This document shows positions 53,442-64,000 of a DNA stretch of 64,000 bases, piece by piece. The stretch lies in the NCBI GenBank assembly GCA_973895155.1, contig OZ316891.1:21440413-21504412 (forward strand), given 5' to 3'. Numbering within the stretch: position 1 is the first letter of the stretch; each line of letters opens with the position of its first letter. Below the pieces are notes generated by a model that worked only from the letters and a program-made list of their open reading frames with translations, was not told where the DNA came from and did not search any database. Made by a program: the position numbers and the translations under genes. This DNA is from Marsupella aquatica (Eukaryota; Plantae; Marchantiophyta).

Positions 53442-56400
53442 TTATGGATCCTCTATGAACTTGCTTGGCCATAATACCAAAGAACCTGCAGCATCTCCAA
53501 GTGTCTTTTGAGGAGGATCATCATTTGTGTTTGGAATGGGAAGGACAGCTTTAGGTTTCACTAGTAATGTGACTAACACTACTGAATAACCTGGGGGAAT
53601 CCTCTTGCCATGGAACGTTGTGGAACCAACCTGCACTCTGGCAAATCCTACTCGTGTTCCACTCTCATCAACAGCTAACAAGCCACTTTGTCCCTCAGCA
53701 TTAGGTGCTTTCCCCACTTCCACCTTAGATCTTTCTGCCAGCACTGTTCTTGGAGGTTTGTATGAAACCTTTGACGTGGCTCTGCTCCCACCAGCAGACT
53801 TGCTTCGTGTGCGCATGCTTCCTCTCTTCACAGTAGTGAAGCTAGGCTCAGTAGGTTCCTCTGTTAGGACTGTCACAGTAGCAGGTTCATCACCTGGGAG
53901 TGTCATACCAACTAACTCTTTGGTTGGATTTATCTCAACAAGAGGCACACCTGTCATTGAGAATGATACATTCTGCAAATCATTTATCTCTGCAATGGAG
54001 TCAAGATCTACATAGCATGAATCTGGCTCAATGGTATCATTGTCATGCTTGCTGATATCCTCATTTGCCCCAACATTGATATCATCCACTCCCTTGCCAA
54101 TGTCATCCTCATCCAAACATGGTTGACTGCCCTCTGTCAAACAAGTTGCTTGTACAGACTGCAACTTTGTTGCCTCTAAATTACAGCGAGTATTTGCCAG
54201 GTTCTCATACTTCTTCTCTGTAGCACCTGTCTTATTCTCTATGGACACAACAACCACAATATATGTTACTGAAAATAACACATTCAACAAACAATGTCAA
54301 TTCAAACTATACATTTAATAATCATATCCCACACAGTTGTAAAGGCCTTACCTTCAAGCCTACATGTCGTTGGCATGCCAGAAGAGTGCATCGACTTTGC
54401 CACCTCAAGTGGTGATGGTGGAACTCCTGCAGAATTGGAATCAATTTTATCTCTCACCGACACAACAGCTTCCATTAATGTCTTGAAGTTCACATGGAAC
54501 AAGTCAGTCAATGAATTCAAACGTTCATTGATCTCTGGAAGACATGTTTCGACAGCCTTCAAACGACCACTTATCTCTGTAAGTGAAGATCCACCTCCCT
54601 ACATGACACAGGGGTATAGGTTCAATCACTCCATATGAAATGTTGGGCAATATATGCACAATCAATGTTATATACAGTGTACACCTGAAATTCAACGCAG
54701 GTCATTCAATTACCAATCAGAACTCATATAACTTACATGCTTGGAGGATTCAGATGCACCCTCTTGAGCCCGGGTGTTCACAATTTCAGCCCTCAACTCT
54801 TCTTTTGAAGGGCTTTGCCCCAATTGGGCTTTCTGCACATGCATGGCAAACACAAGTTATCGATCAATATTCAGGGAACGTACACTAAAAAACAAAGTTT
54901 ACATGTAGGGACAGTACACTAAAAAATAGTACATAGTGTAGCATAAATTACATAGCTAGGCCATTCATTCTTACCAAACGTTTAGCTGTCGGTGCAGTGC
55001 CGGTCCTTCCTGTCAGATTAGGGTTCTGAACACTCAACCTGGCCTCGGTCATCTGTGAACTCTTCTTTTTTGAAGCATCTGTTACAAAATAAGCTACTAA
55101 CCTTGCCCACACTTTATCATCACAACTGGCTGGTGGAGGCATATCTGGCTTCTCCCCACCTTCCTTCCAAGCCTTATGCATTCTCCACCTCTCTTGCTTG
55201 ATAATTTTACCTGCTGTACTCTCTAGGCAACCTATGTCCACGCCATCATCACTGCCCACATAATTCCATTTGGCAGCAACATTTTCACATACAGTCTTCC
55301 AATCTTTTGGATGCTGTTTTTTAAAATTAATAACACTCACATCTAACCAACGCAATACTTCAGCTTTCAAATCAGCATGCCATCGGTTCTTGCGAGGACA
55401 CTCAGCATCCACCCATTGTCTCTCATTCAACTTTACGTTCCCTTTCTTTGTCACCTCCCCTCGTGCACTGCTCTCGGTAGTACTGGGCGTTGTATTGGCC
55501 ACCCCTTCATTCACCCTACCTGGGGTTCTGAAGCCACCTGGGAAAATACAATGCCATTCATGCTTGAGAACTACATATAGCAGAATGGATGACGGCAACA
55601 TTCAATGCTTCACTTCAAGAAAAATTCTTCAAACATACATACCTGTAGCTCTGCCTGTAGATGCCTGTGCAGGGACTGCACTCTGAAATTGTTGCGACCC
55701 TGGACCACCTGTCCAGCCTAGTACAGGGGCCGGATGATGTCACTTTCTAGGTATGTGTGTGCAAACATATGTACTGAAAACTAAGTACAAACTGTAGGAA
55801 AACAACTGAACATTCACCGACATACCTGTCCCCCTTCCGTGCTGCATCTGCATAGGGGCATTAGTGAATACTTGAGTCGATGGTTCGACTGTCCAACCTG
55901 CACACATACATTTTCTATCATTATACATGTGCAGAGTCCCCCCCACGTGAATGGACTCCACATATAATGAGTTCTTCCATTGCTGACAAGATCAGACATT
56001 ACCTGCTCCTCTTCCAGCGTTTGTAGGTACTGAATTTTGATATCCCTGCCAATTACCTTCACCACCTTCCCAACCTTGTTCATTCCACGACCCACCACCA
56101 TCCTCCCAACCTGGTTCAACCCATGTCTGTCCTTGTGGACATTGGAACTGATCATTACTAGCATTTGCCCAATCAGGTTGGGCAGAATCTGCATGCAATG
56201 GCAGGTGGACAGAATTTCATGTTGTCTGAATCCAATACATCCCAAACAATGTCAAAAATTGATATGCAGTCTGAAATTCAGGAGTGCCATGCCTTCACAA
56301 AGAACTGGCATATAGATATATACTCACATCCCCACGGTTGAGGTGGACGTCCATACCCACGAGATTGTGGGTTTGGACCTGCTCTGCCTCTACCACGGGC

Positions 56401-57149
56401 ATAACCTAGAGCTTGCCCCCTGCCATAGTATTGGGCACCAGCCTGGGATCTACCACTACTACCACCTCGCCAACCTTGATCAGAGGTCAGCCCCCCCTGC
56501 TGGTATGGTGCATGCACAGGCTTCGAAGGCAAAACAGAACTGGCAGGACGCTGCATCACATCACCAACTACAATGTCAGGAACTAAGCAAGGTACATATG
56601 TGTAGTACTGAACATATGAAACCTCTAAACAAGAGTTTTTAACTCAAAACCTTGTTGGGAAAACTACTTACATGTTTCTTTTGGGGCTGCTCTGCAATGT
56701 ATTCATCTTCATAACCCCCATCCTCATCCATTTCCTCTGGAAAATACTCATCATCTGCATCTTCTTGTCTAGTGTCTGCACCCACCTGTGCAGCATCAAT
56801 GTCATCTCCACATTCTGCCATTGTAGGTACGACCTTCTTGCTCAACCTGTCACTCCGACGCACAGGCCCAGAGATAGTGCTGGTCACCCTTCTTGCGTAC
56901 TCCTTTTGTTTCTTTGAAAATGCTGTGGCTCTGCGACATTCCAATATGAGAATACAGTCACAATTTCAGTGCCACATTGAACTATTCATGTCACACAAAC
57001 TCAGCGGAGGGGTGTAGTTGAGAATCGTTCCCTTACAATTCAGCCACATCCTTTTCCAGATCCAGTTCTGCGATTTTGGCTTTCACGTATGCTCGTTGTT
57101 CCATAGCTTTCCTTTCATACTCACACATCTCTGTGTCACTCTGTTCCAT
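53442..57149 (-). CDS. TnpA-like (Ptta/En-Spm and TNP1-like domains) multi-exon gene; exon boundaries only partly resolved
   Basis: MEQSDTEMCEYERK...; RGRGRAG-rich linker; PPPASCDDKVWARLVAYF...SSQMTEAR...TGRTG; C-terminal FHGKRIPPGYSVVLV...LPIP...TLGDAAGSLVLWP. Confidence 0.78.
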
Positions 57150-57305
57150 CCTACTGGACCACAAAAACATGTCATCTATGGTCACCCCGTATAACACAAT
57201 GCAACCACAATCACCAGGCATCCATCCATACATCTGTGTTGCTTCAGAATTACTTTATTACACATCCTTCCCCTCACTAATGTCTATGCAAACAATTCAC
57301 ATTAC

Positions 57306-60300
57306 TCATGGCACAGGCACACTGTTGGCATCTGCATCTCTGAATTCGCCTCCTTCAGCAAATGCATCTACCCTTGTCACAGGAATGAAGTCCCCGCTAT
57401 CATGAACTACAGGCACTTGGTCTGAACGCCGACGATCAAAGGCACTATGAGAGTGTAAATGAAACTCAAGGTTTGATCCTTCCATCCGGCGTTGCCTGGC
57501 CTGTTTATGACACACTACACGCCAACCTGGGGAGTCTTCCACATCCAGGAAGAAAGCTTGCTCCACCTGACTAGGAAACACAAATGGCTCAGACCATTCG
57601 GGCAATTTCCCTCTGAAATTGGCCAGCAAGAAACCGTCGTTGTCTCTCTTCATGGTAGCCCTGTTACCAAGCCAATCCTGCCGCACCCATGAACCTTTCA
57701 TAAGAATCACAGGACTGGACACCGCCCCATAGTCCAGAGCCCATATGTCAACTAATTCTCCCACATATCCCATCTCCATCCAGGCCCTGTCGTGATTGTG
57801 GCTCTGTTGCTCAAATACAGTGATGAGCCCGCAGTCATTCGTCACCCTGTAGGCACTGTCACCATCCTTCACTCGGAAGTGATTCCCATATGCTCTCATC
57901 CGTTTGTAAGTCTTCACTTTCAGGCTAGGGGCATTAGACAGTAGGTAAACATCTGCATCCATGTCTGGGTGGGTCTCGTGATGCTCTCTAATTGCCACTC
58001 TGATCCACTCCATGAAACCTGGAAAAGTTGTTCCTGCAGTGGGATGGGCCGCCTTCAATGACTCATACTCCCTGAACGAACAACCACACAGCATTAGCTT
58101 GGGTAAACATGAACAGGCTGAAGGAGAAAACCACACGAACACAACATTTAAGCTCATGAACTGGATTATAGCACATGTATGCACTCACTGTATCCAGGGT
58201 TCCATCACCACAGTGTTGTGCAATACAAAGTCATGTGCCAAGTCTCTCATAGATATGGTCAGGTTCTTTGTGGTTGCAGCCCCTTCCAGTACTTCACCTA
58301 CCACCCCTTCCTCCTCATCAGAATTCCACACCCTGGTCTTCACATGCTCATATTGTGCTATGTATTCGGTCAGAAATCCCAGAGTCTCATCCTTGATGTA
58401 ACCTTTAGCCATGCTTGCTTCAGGTTTGTAATATGTTCTCACGTGACCTTTGAGTAGCTTCATGTACCGTTCCAAAGGGTACAACCAACGAGCACTCACA
58501 GGCCCAAATTGGTGTAGCTCTTCCACAACATGGACAAGTAGGTGGGTCATGACATCAAAAAATGCGGGAGGAAAATAAATCTCCAGGTCACACAGCACCT
58601 GAGCGACATCTTCTGTCAGTTGTGGGAAGTGTGTTTCATCCCAAACCTTCACACAAATACGACGAAACACATCACTGAGTCGCATGATCACAGTACGAAC
58701 AGGCTTCTGCAACAGGCCCCTCAGGCATAAAGGCAACACCTGTTGCATCAACATATGGTAGTCATGGCTTTTCATACTACCAAGCTTTCTAGTCATGATA
58801 TGCTTCTTGAAAGCACTGCCATAGTTTGAAGGAACCTTCAAAGAACTCAACCTCTGCACAAATAGTTCCCACTCTGTGTCTGTCAGAACATAGGGCGCTT
58901 GGTACTTCAAGAGCACATCAGCTCTGTGGGCATGTGGCCTCAACCAAAGATGGGGTTTCATTCCCCTCTGTTCAAGATCCAATCTCACTGAACCAGTGTC
59001 TTTCTCTCCACACAAGAATCTGAGTAGACTCTCACAAATATTCTTTTCAATGTGCATAACATCAATGTTATGTTTGCTTGGCTCAAACTCCTGCATCGTT
59101 GCAATGCAAAAGCGTCAGGAAATGCCTCAAGTTTAGTCTCTCTCTTCGAAATGAATGCACATGCTCTGAACCAAAACATGTATCCCAATTAGCATCAACT
59201 CCAAGAGGCTTACCCTCCAGTACTTGAGCTCCAAGTCCAATATGCTCAGTCTTTTTACACCATATCGCTTTATTGGATCACTCACTCCATCTTCCCTGCC
59301 CCCTCGTTTGATATAGTCATCCCTCAGTGCTCCCCACTGCCTGATCTCCTCTTTGGTCACTCGTGCCGGGGGTCCACGTTGCTCAATCTCATTGCCAAAG
59401 TGTGCAATCAGTGCCTGTCTTTCTCTGTAAGGGTGATCTGTCTTCAGAAAACGACGATGGCCCATGTATATCACTTTCTGCAGGGCTCTGGAGTACTCAC
59501 TGGTGACATTGCGCCCACAGATAGTACAAGCACAATATCCTTTTGTTGTTTGGCCTGATATCATCCCATGGGCTGGGTAGTCAGCTATAGTCAGAATGAC
59601 AATGGCTCTAAGGATGAATGGGTTTAACCTCCCAAGCCTCTGTAGGACATCATATGTGAGAACTCCTTCCTCCCAAAGCTTTCTCAATTCCTCCACTAGG
59701 GGAGCCAGAAACACATCTATGTTGGCAGATACAGCACTGTCTGGCCCTGGTATCAGTAGGACCATCAGAACAAAAAATCGCTTTGTAGTCATCCAAGGAG
59801 GAAGGTTATAATTCAAAATAGTTACAGGCCAGCATGAAAATTTGTTGTTCTTGTCTCCAAATGGGTTTACCCCATCCAATGACAGCCCAAGTCTGACATT
59901 CCTCGGCTCAGCAGCAAATTCGGGATACATCTCATCTATGAGTTTCCATTGCCTTGAATCTGCAGCATGTCGTTGTAGCCCATCATCACTTTTCTTGTCA
60001 GTTGCCCAAGTCATCATCTCCGAGATGGCACGGCTTCTGAACATCCGCTGAAGTCTGGGAATGAGTGGAAAATGACGAAGTACCTTGGCGGGAACCATAG
60101 ACTTTCCTGAGTTCCGATACCTGTGCTTCCCACACTTAGGGCATGTCAACGATTCTTTATACTCCTTTCTGAAAAGAACATGCCCATCAGGACAGGCATG
60201 GATCGAATCATAGTTCAATCCAAGATTAGATATGCATCTTTTTGCCTCGTACATGTTCTTGGGCAAAATATTACCATCTGGTAGCACAGTTGTTCGCAAG

Positions 60301-61037
60301 AATGCCAACAACTCAGAAACCAAAACGTTGGGGACATTGTGGTTGCCGCAAATGTTCAGGAACATGATGACAAATCCCAGTTTAGAACATTTGCTACCGG
60401 GGTACAAAGACTTCCTGCCTTCCTGTATTTGCAAGGGAGAGCCAAACATCCCATCATGCCCAGGGGTTTCCTGCCCTATCTCAAACTCATCAAGAGGCTC
60501 TTCGACAGGGGGCACACTTGCATCTGCAGCCGTATCCTCTTCATTGTCCAGCCCATCATGAAATGCATCCAAGTCTTGGAAGATGTCTCTCACCATCTCT
60601 TCCACATGAATTCCTTCGTCACGTGGTGCTGCCTGAGCACCATCCCGTTGGAGAGCTGACAACCCACAGAGACCAGCTACAACATTTTCAAATGCACCAG
60701 GCAGAACCTCACTTGCCCGTCTTGCAGCATTGGCAGCATCAAATTCTAACCTCCACTCCTCGTCGGAAGAATCTTCCTCTGCAGGATCATTCCAAACTCG
60801 ATGTCGTGGATCTCTTCCATGAACCGCGATATGCCGCCAAACCTCATTCAGACCCCTGGTACGGGATCCTTGGCAGATTGCACAAGGACATCTCATCCTA
60901 CTGGCTCCTGAAAGTCTGGTTCGTAACCTTTCACGCTGCCAAAGCTTATTATCATGGCGTGATATCCTTGTGGGATGATGCAAAGGCAGTGCCTGTGCCC
61001 TGGGCTGGGTCTGGGGAGGGTGGTGACCAGGGTGCAT
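57306..61037 (-). CDS. TnpD/Tnp2 CACTA transposase (exons ~61037-59214, 59090-58189, 58071-57306)
   Basis: CPCAIC; IHACPDGHVLFRKEY...CPKCGKHRY; LRHFPLIPRLQRMF; RNVRLGLSLDGVNPF; YNLPPW; IADYPA; HNIDVMHIEKN; MKSHDYH; PPAFFDVMTHLLVH; PFVFPSQVEQAFF; in-phase GT-AG introns and no stops. Confidence 0.93.
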
Positions 61038-61470
61038 TGTAACAGGCTGGGAGCTCTGCAGTCATGGACAGCAGTGAACAAGGATGCCTAATGGTGGTAT
61101 TTGTGTTCCATATATCCCTGACTGTATCTGCCAAAAGAGTTAACATAACGTGTACTAAATTCTCACAAACCCTAAACCACCCCAAAAGAAAAAAACAGGT
61201 TCGCAAGTAGTGTACCTATTGTCAAGTGAATGACACAAAATTTCTAAATGTTGGAGGGTGTCACCACCTCCTCCGCTGTCCTCAAATGTACCGCCTCTGC
61301 ATGTACGTTTACAGTGACACCCCCAGGCAGCAGGAAACAACAATCCGCCAACAGTAAAATAAGCCCAACTGCCACCAACCATAACAAGGTACATTAGTTC
61401 AAAGATCACATTTATTTCAATGATCTGATTTATACAAAAAAACTTGTGTCCAAACTGATGCTACTACTCC

Positions 61471-62343
61471 TCACTCTGATTCAGAATCGCTAATGACCCA
61501 TTCCTCACTTGTTGTCTCATAGTCCTCTCTGTAAGGATCCTGACCCTTCCGTGGCCAGGCCTCAAAAAGATCATAGTCCATTGGGTTTTGACGCTTCCCA
61601 GCTGCTACTGATTCCACAAGCCAAGCATATGAAACCACAAACACATTATGGGACATGACATAAAAGCGAATGTCTCCCTTCCCAAACTTGCGGCAGGCTT
61701 TGGGATATGACTTAGTAATGACATGAGTGGTGTCCTCTGTTATATTCTCCTCCACTGTCCCACCTAGGTCAAGCACTGTGGACTTGTACACTTTGCACTT
61801 AACCTCTCCAATTCCCGCCTCCACAAATACCATGCTCAGCCCTTTCAGAATGGGGGTTGGTTGCTTCGTCTCCTCAGCCAACATACTCTTCAGCCTTGTA
61901 GAGCTCTGTCCTTTGTTGAGTACAGGTCCATATTGGAGATCAGCAAGCCGTGCCTTTGCTTCCCAGACTTCTTGTTCAGCCCAAGCTGATGCAGTAGCTT
62001 CTTCATCCTCCCACAACTCATATTGCTCAGTATCCTGTACAATCTTATGTGCTATGGAATCTGTGATCCAAGAGGCCTCAACTACTTTTAGGCCTTGCTT
62101 AGTAATTGCAGAATTCATGTAGGACCATGACCACTTCTTTATCACTGATAGCCATGTCCCTGCAACAACATGTGTAGTCTCTGGAGTGATGTCCTGAACT
62201 ACAGTGCCATGGAGCTCAGAGAATCGTTTCTGTACAGTTGGCCAATGCACTTTGGTCAACCCATGCTGGCCATGGACCAAAATCGCTCTGACCCCTGTAA
62301 ACACTGCTGGGTGGTCACACTTTCTACGTTTACCAGGCTCCAT
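61471..62343 (-). CDS. tandem BRCT protein (two Pol-lambda/PolX-type BRCT repeats), CACTA cargo
   Basis: VFTGVRAIL...GTVVQDITPETTHVVA...VVEASWITDSI and ILKGLSMVFVEAGI...LGGTVEENITEDTTHVIT...KFGK...VVSYAWLVESVAAGK; single open exon. Confidence 0.82.
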   Translation of the reverse strand: MEPGKRRKCDHPAVFTGVRAILVHGQHGLTKVHWPTVQKRFSELHGTVVQDITPETTHVVAGTWLSVIKKWSWSYMNSAITKQGLKVVEASWITDSIAHKIVQDTEQYELWEDEEATASAWAEQEVWEAKARLADLQYGPVLNKGQSSTRLKSMLAEETKQPTPILKGLSMVFVEAGIGEVKCKVYKSTVLDLGGTVEENITEDTTHVITKSYPKACRKFGKGDIRFYVMSHNVFVVSYAWLVESVAAGKRQNPMDYDLFEAWPRKGQDPYREDYETTSEEWVISDSESE

Positions 62344-62935
62344 GTACACACACCCTACGTGATGACAGTGAATTTTGGAAGAATGGGTTCACCTGACAAT
62401 ACAAGGACAACAAAATTCCTGCTTTTTGAGTTGATCTGGCCCACTGGTGCTCAGGTCCGATTTTGATAGGTACAAGGGATATGTGAACAATACGTACTAG
62501 GCACCTGCACGGATGCAGGACATTGTTTGAATATATACTACAAAATCCATATCCGTGGTGAAATGAAGTGCAACCAACTTGTCATGGCACATACATATTT
62601 TGTTGTAAAGGAGGATACATTCAATGACAAACTTATAGGGCAATTTGATTAATTGCATGCCTGATAATTTATACGCTTACAACTTAGAAGTCCTGTTTTA
62701 ATTTAGCAGTGTGATGAAAGTGTTTATGAAAATGACCACTCAGCCTAAATACTTCCAAGAAGGCTTGTAAGGATAAGTTTGTATAGGCATGTACCCAGCC
62801 ACTGACGCCAGAGCACAAGATAAGTGCTGCCTATATAAACTCGCCTACCCAACTCCTTTTCAAAATTGGAATCTCTGCAATCTCAAAAAATAGTACATCC
62901 ACATCAGGTGCACTGTGCATGTACAATGTTCAGCT

Positions 62936-63616
62936 TCACAGCCAAGATATGTGATCTCTCACAGGAGTGCGCGAGGTAGGATCAATGGCATGGCGATGAC
63001 AATAAAATATCCATCGATCAACACCATGTGCAGAGTGATCATAGATTTCTCTGTCACAAGCATAACCCTCTGCTTGATGATCTTTCAGGCAATGATAGTG
63101 CCACATAGTGGGACACCTAGCACAGTGGACTATGTCAGTCCAGTAGTCATCATCATGCTCACCACATGCCTTGCACCTATGAAGTGGGCAAGCTGTGGCA
63201 TGAGCAGGCAAACACTCAAAACAGAAAAATCTCACACAAAAACGGTCTGGACATTTCCTAACATTTGCTGCAGCATCAACAGAGCCCTCATAGGACCCCA
63301 ACTTCCCACACTGTGCACACTTAGCCTGCTTCTCCAAACAATCAGTGCACATCCAGTCTCCCTGGTGTGTTGACGGGAGGCCCACCCCTGGACAGTTGTT
63401 TTCTGCAGCAAGGTCAGACTCCGGGTTGAGGTGGAAATGCCTCATGCAAGGGCCCTCACAAATGACCAGGCCCCCACCATCGTCACAAATGGCACAACAA
63501 TGAGCTGCCTTCTGGAAAATCTGACTTGCAGAGAAGTTAGTAGCATCTGCCCCAAGTACACCTGTGTTTCTCACCTCTGTCACACGCTTTTTGGCTTGAA
63601 TTTTAGGCCGTGCCAT
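62936..63616 (-). CDS. stand-alone EDM2/NSD-type multi-PHD finger cassette, CACTA cargo
   Basis: CAICDDGG.LVICEGPCMRHFH...CTDC....KCAQCGKLGS...CPLHRCKAC...CARCPTMWHYHCL...IFYCHRHAIDPTSRTPVRDHISW. Confidence 0.85.
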   Translation of the reverse strand: MARPKIQAKKRVTEVRNTGVLGADATNFSASQIFQKAAHCCAICDDGGGLVICEGPCMRHFHLNPESDLAAENNCPGVGLPSTHQGDWMCTDCLEKQAKCAQCGKLGSYEGSVDAAANVRKCPDRFCVRFFCFECLPAHATACPLHRCKACGEHDDDYWTDIVHCARCPTMWHYHCLKDHQAEGYACDREIYDHSAHGVDRWIFYCHRHAIDPTSRTPVRDHISWL

Positions 63617-63627
63617 GCCTGCGCATG

Positions 63628-63771
63628 AGATAGACTCTACAATTTAGCAGACTGCACAGAAAGTAATATATATTTAGCATTTAAGGTACAAAGGCATTTA
63701 GATAGACTCTACAATTTAGCAGACTGCACAGAAAGTAAAATATATTTAGCATTTAAGGTACAAAGGCATTT
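63628..63771. repeat. 72-bp tandem duplication in the putative intron upstream of the PHD ORF
   Basis: agatagactctacaatttagcagactgcacagaaagtaa.atatatttagcatttaaggtacaaaggcattt x2. Confidence 0.9.
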
Positions 63772-64000
63772 GCTACTGCAATGAATTGGAATGGCCACAC
63801 AAGGATGCAGAGCACACATACTTTTGGTATGTTGAGCCCACACACAAAACTGATCCCCTAATACAATTTCTCCACCAACACCTCAATTTTAATTGTGGCT
63901 ATGATTCACCAAAGGAGATCTGCAACAACATTTCATGCATTTGAATCACATACAATAGTCGTGACATGTAAAACAGGCATTCTTCGAAGAGGATTGGTAT

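Larger units (their letters stand above)
52587..64000 (-). mobile_element. CACTA/En-Spm DNA transposon with cargo; the other end lies beyond the window
   Basis: Terminus CACTAGAAGAAT at 52587, >15 subterminal (G/A)TGAC(T) motifs in both orientations at 52620-52940, TnpA- and TnpD-type ORFs. Confidence 0.93.

Noticed and set aside
53605-63373. Plus-strand ORFs within the CACTA (e.g. 53605-54015, 60518-61042, 61727-62122, 62915-63373)
   Set aside because: Antisense shadows of the minus-strand coding exons.

Overview
Eukaryotic land-plant genomic DNA, probably a bryophyte/liverwort-like genome (inferred from gene structure and TE content). The first ~7 kb hold two convergent intron-containing host genes: the 3' end of TPX2 (+) and a complete UTR2/UTR4-like (SLC35B3-type) nucleotide-sugar transporter (-). 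The rest is mostly nested transposons. (i) A Ty1/copia element (17139-27173, TSD TCCCG) is interrupted by an RT-less chromovirus with non-canonical AGT...ACT ends (19777-23800, TSD GCAGC). (ii) An array of 18-bp palindromes lies at ~29.4-30.0 kb. (iii) An 8.8-kb TIR element (38505-47331) carries a spliced, decaying gene joining a ParB/Srx-like domain to a prokaryote-type N6/N4 DNA-methyltransferase fold, plus an FCP1/NIF HAD-phosphatase domain. It contains ~13 copies of a 17-bp palindrome CTCGAGAT-N-ATCTCGAG that I did not see elsewhere in the window, a ParB/parS-like arrangement. (iv) An LTR-retroelement accessory ORF follows. (v) A CACTA/En-Spm element starts at 52587 and runs off the window, with open TnpD/TnpA frames and two captured host modules: an EDM2-type PHD cassette and a duplicated Pol-lambda-type BRCT. 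All domain calls are by-eye motif recognition, not database searches.
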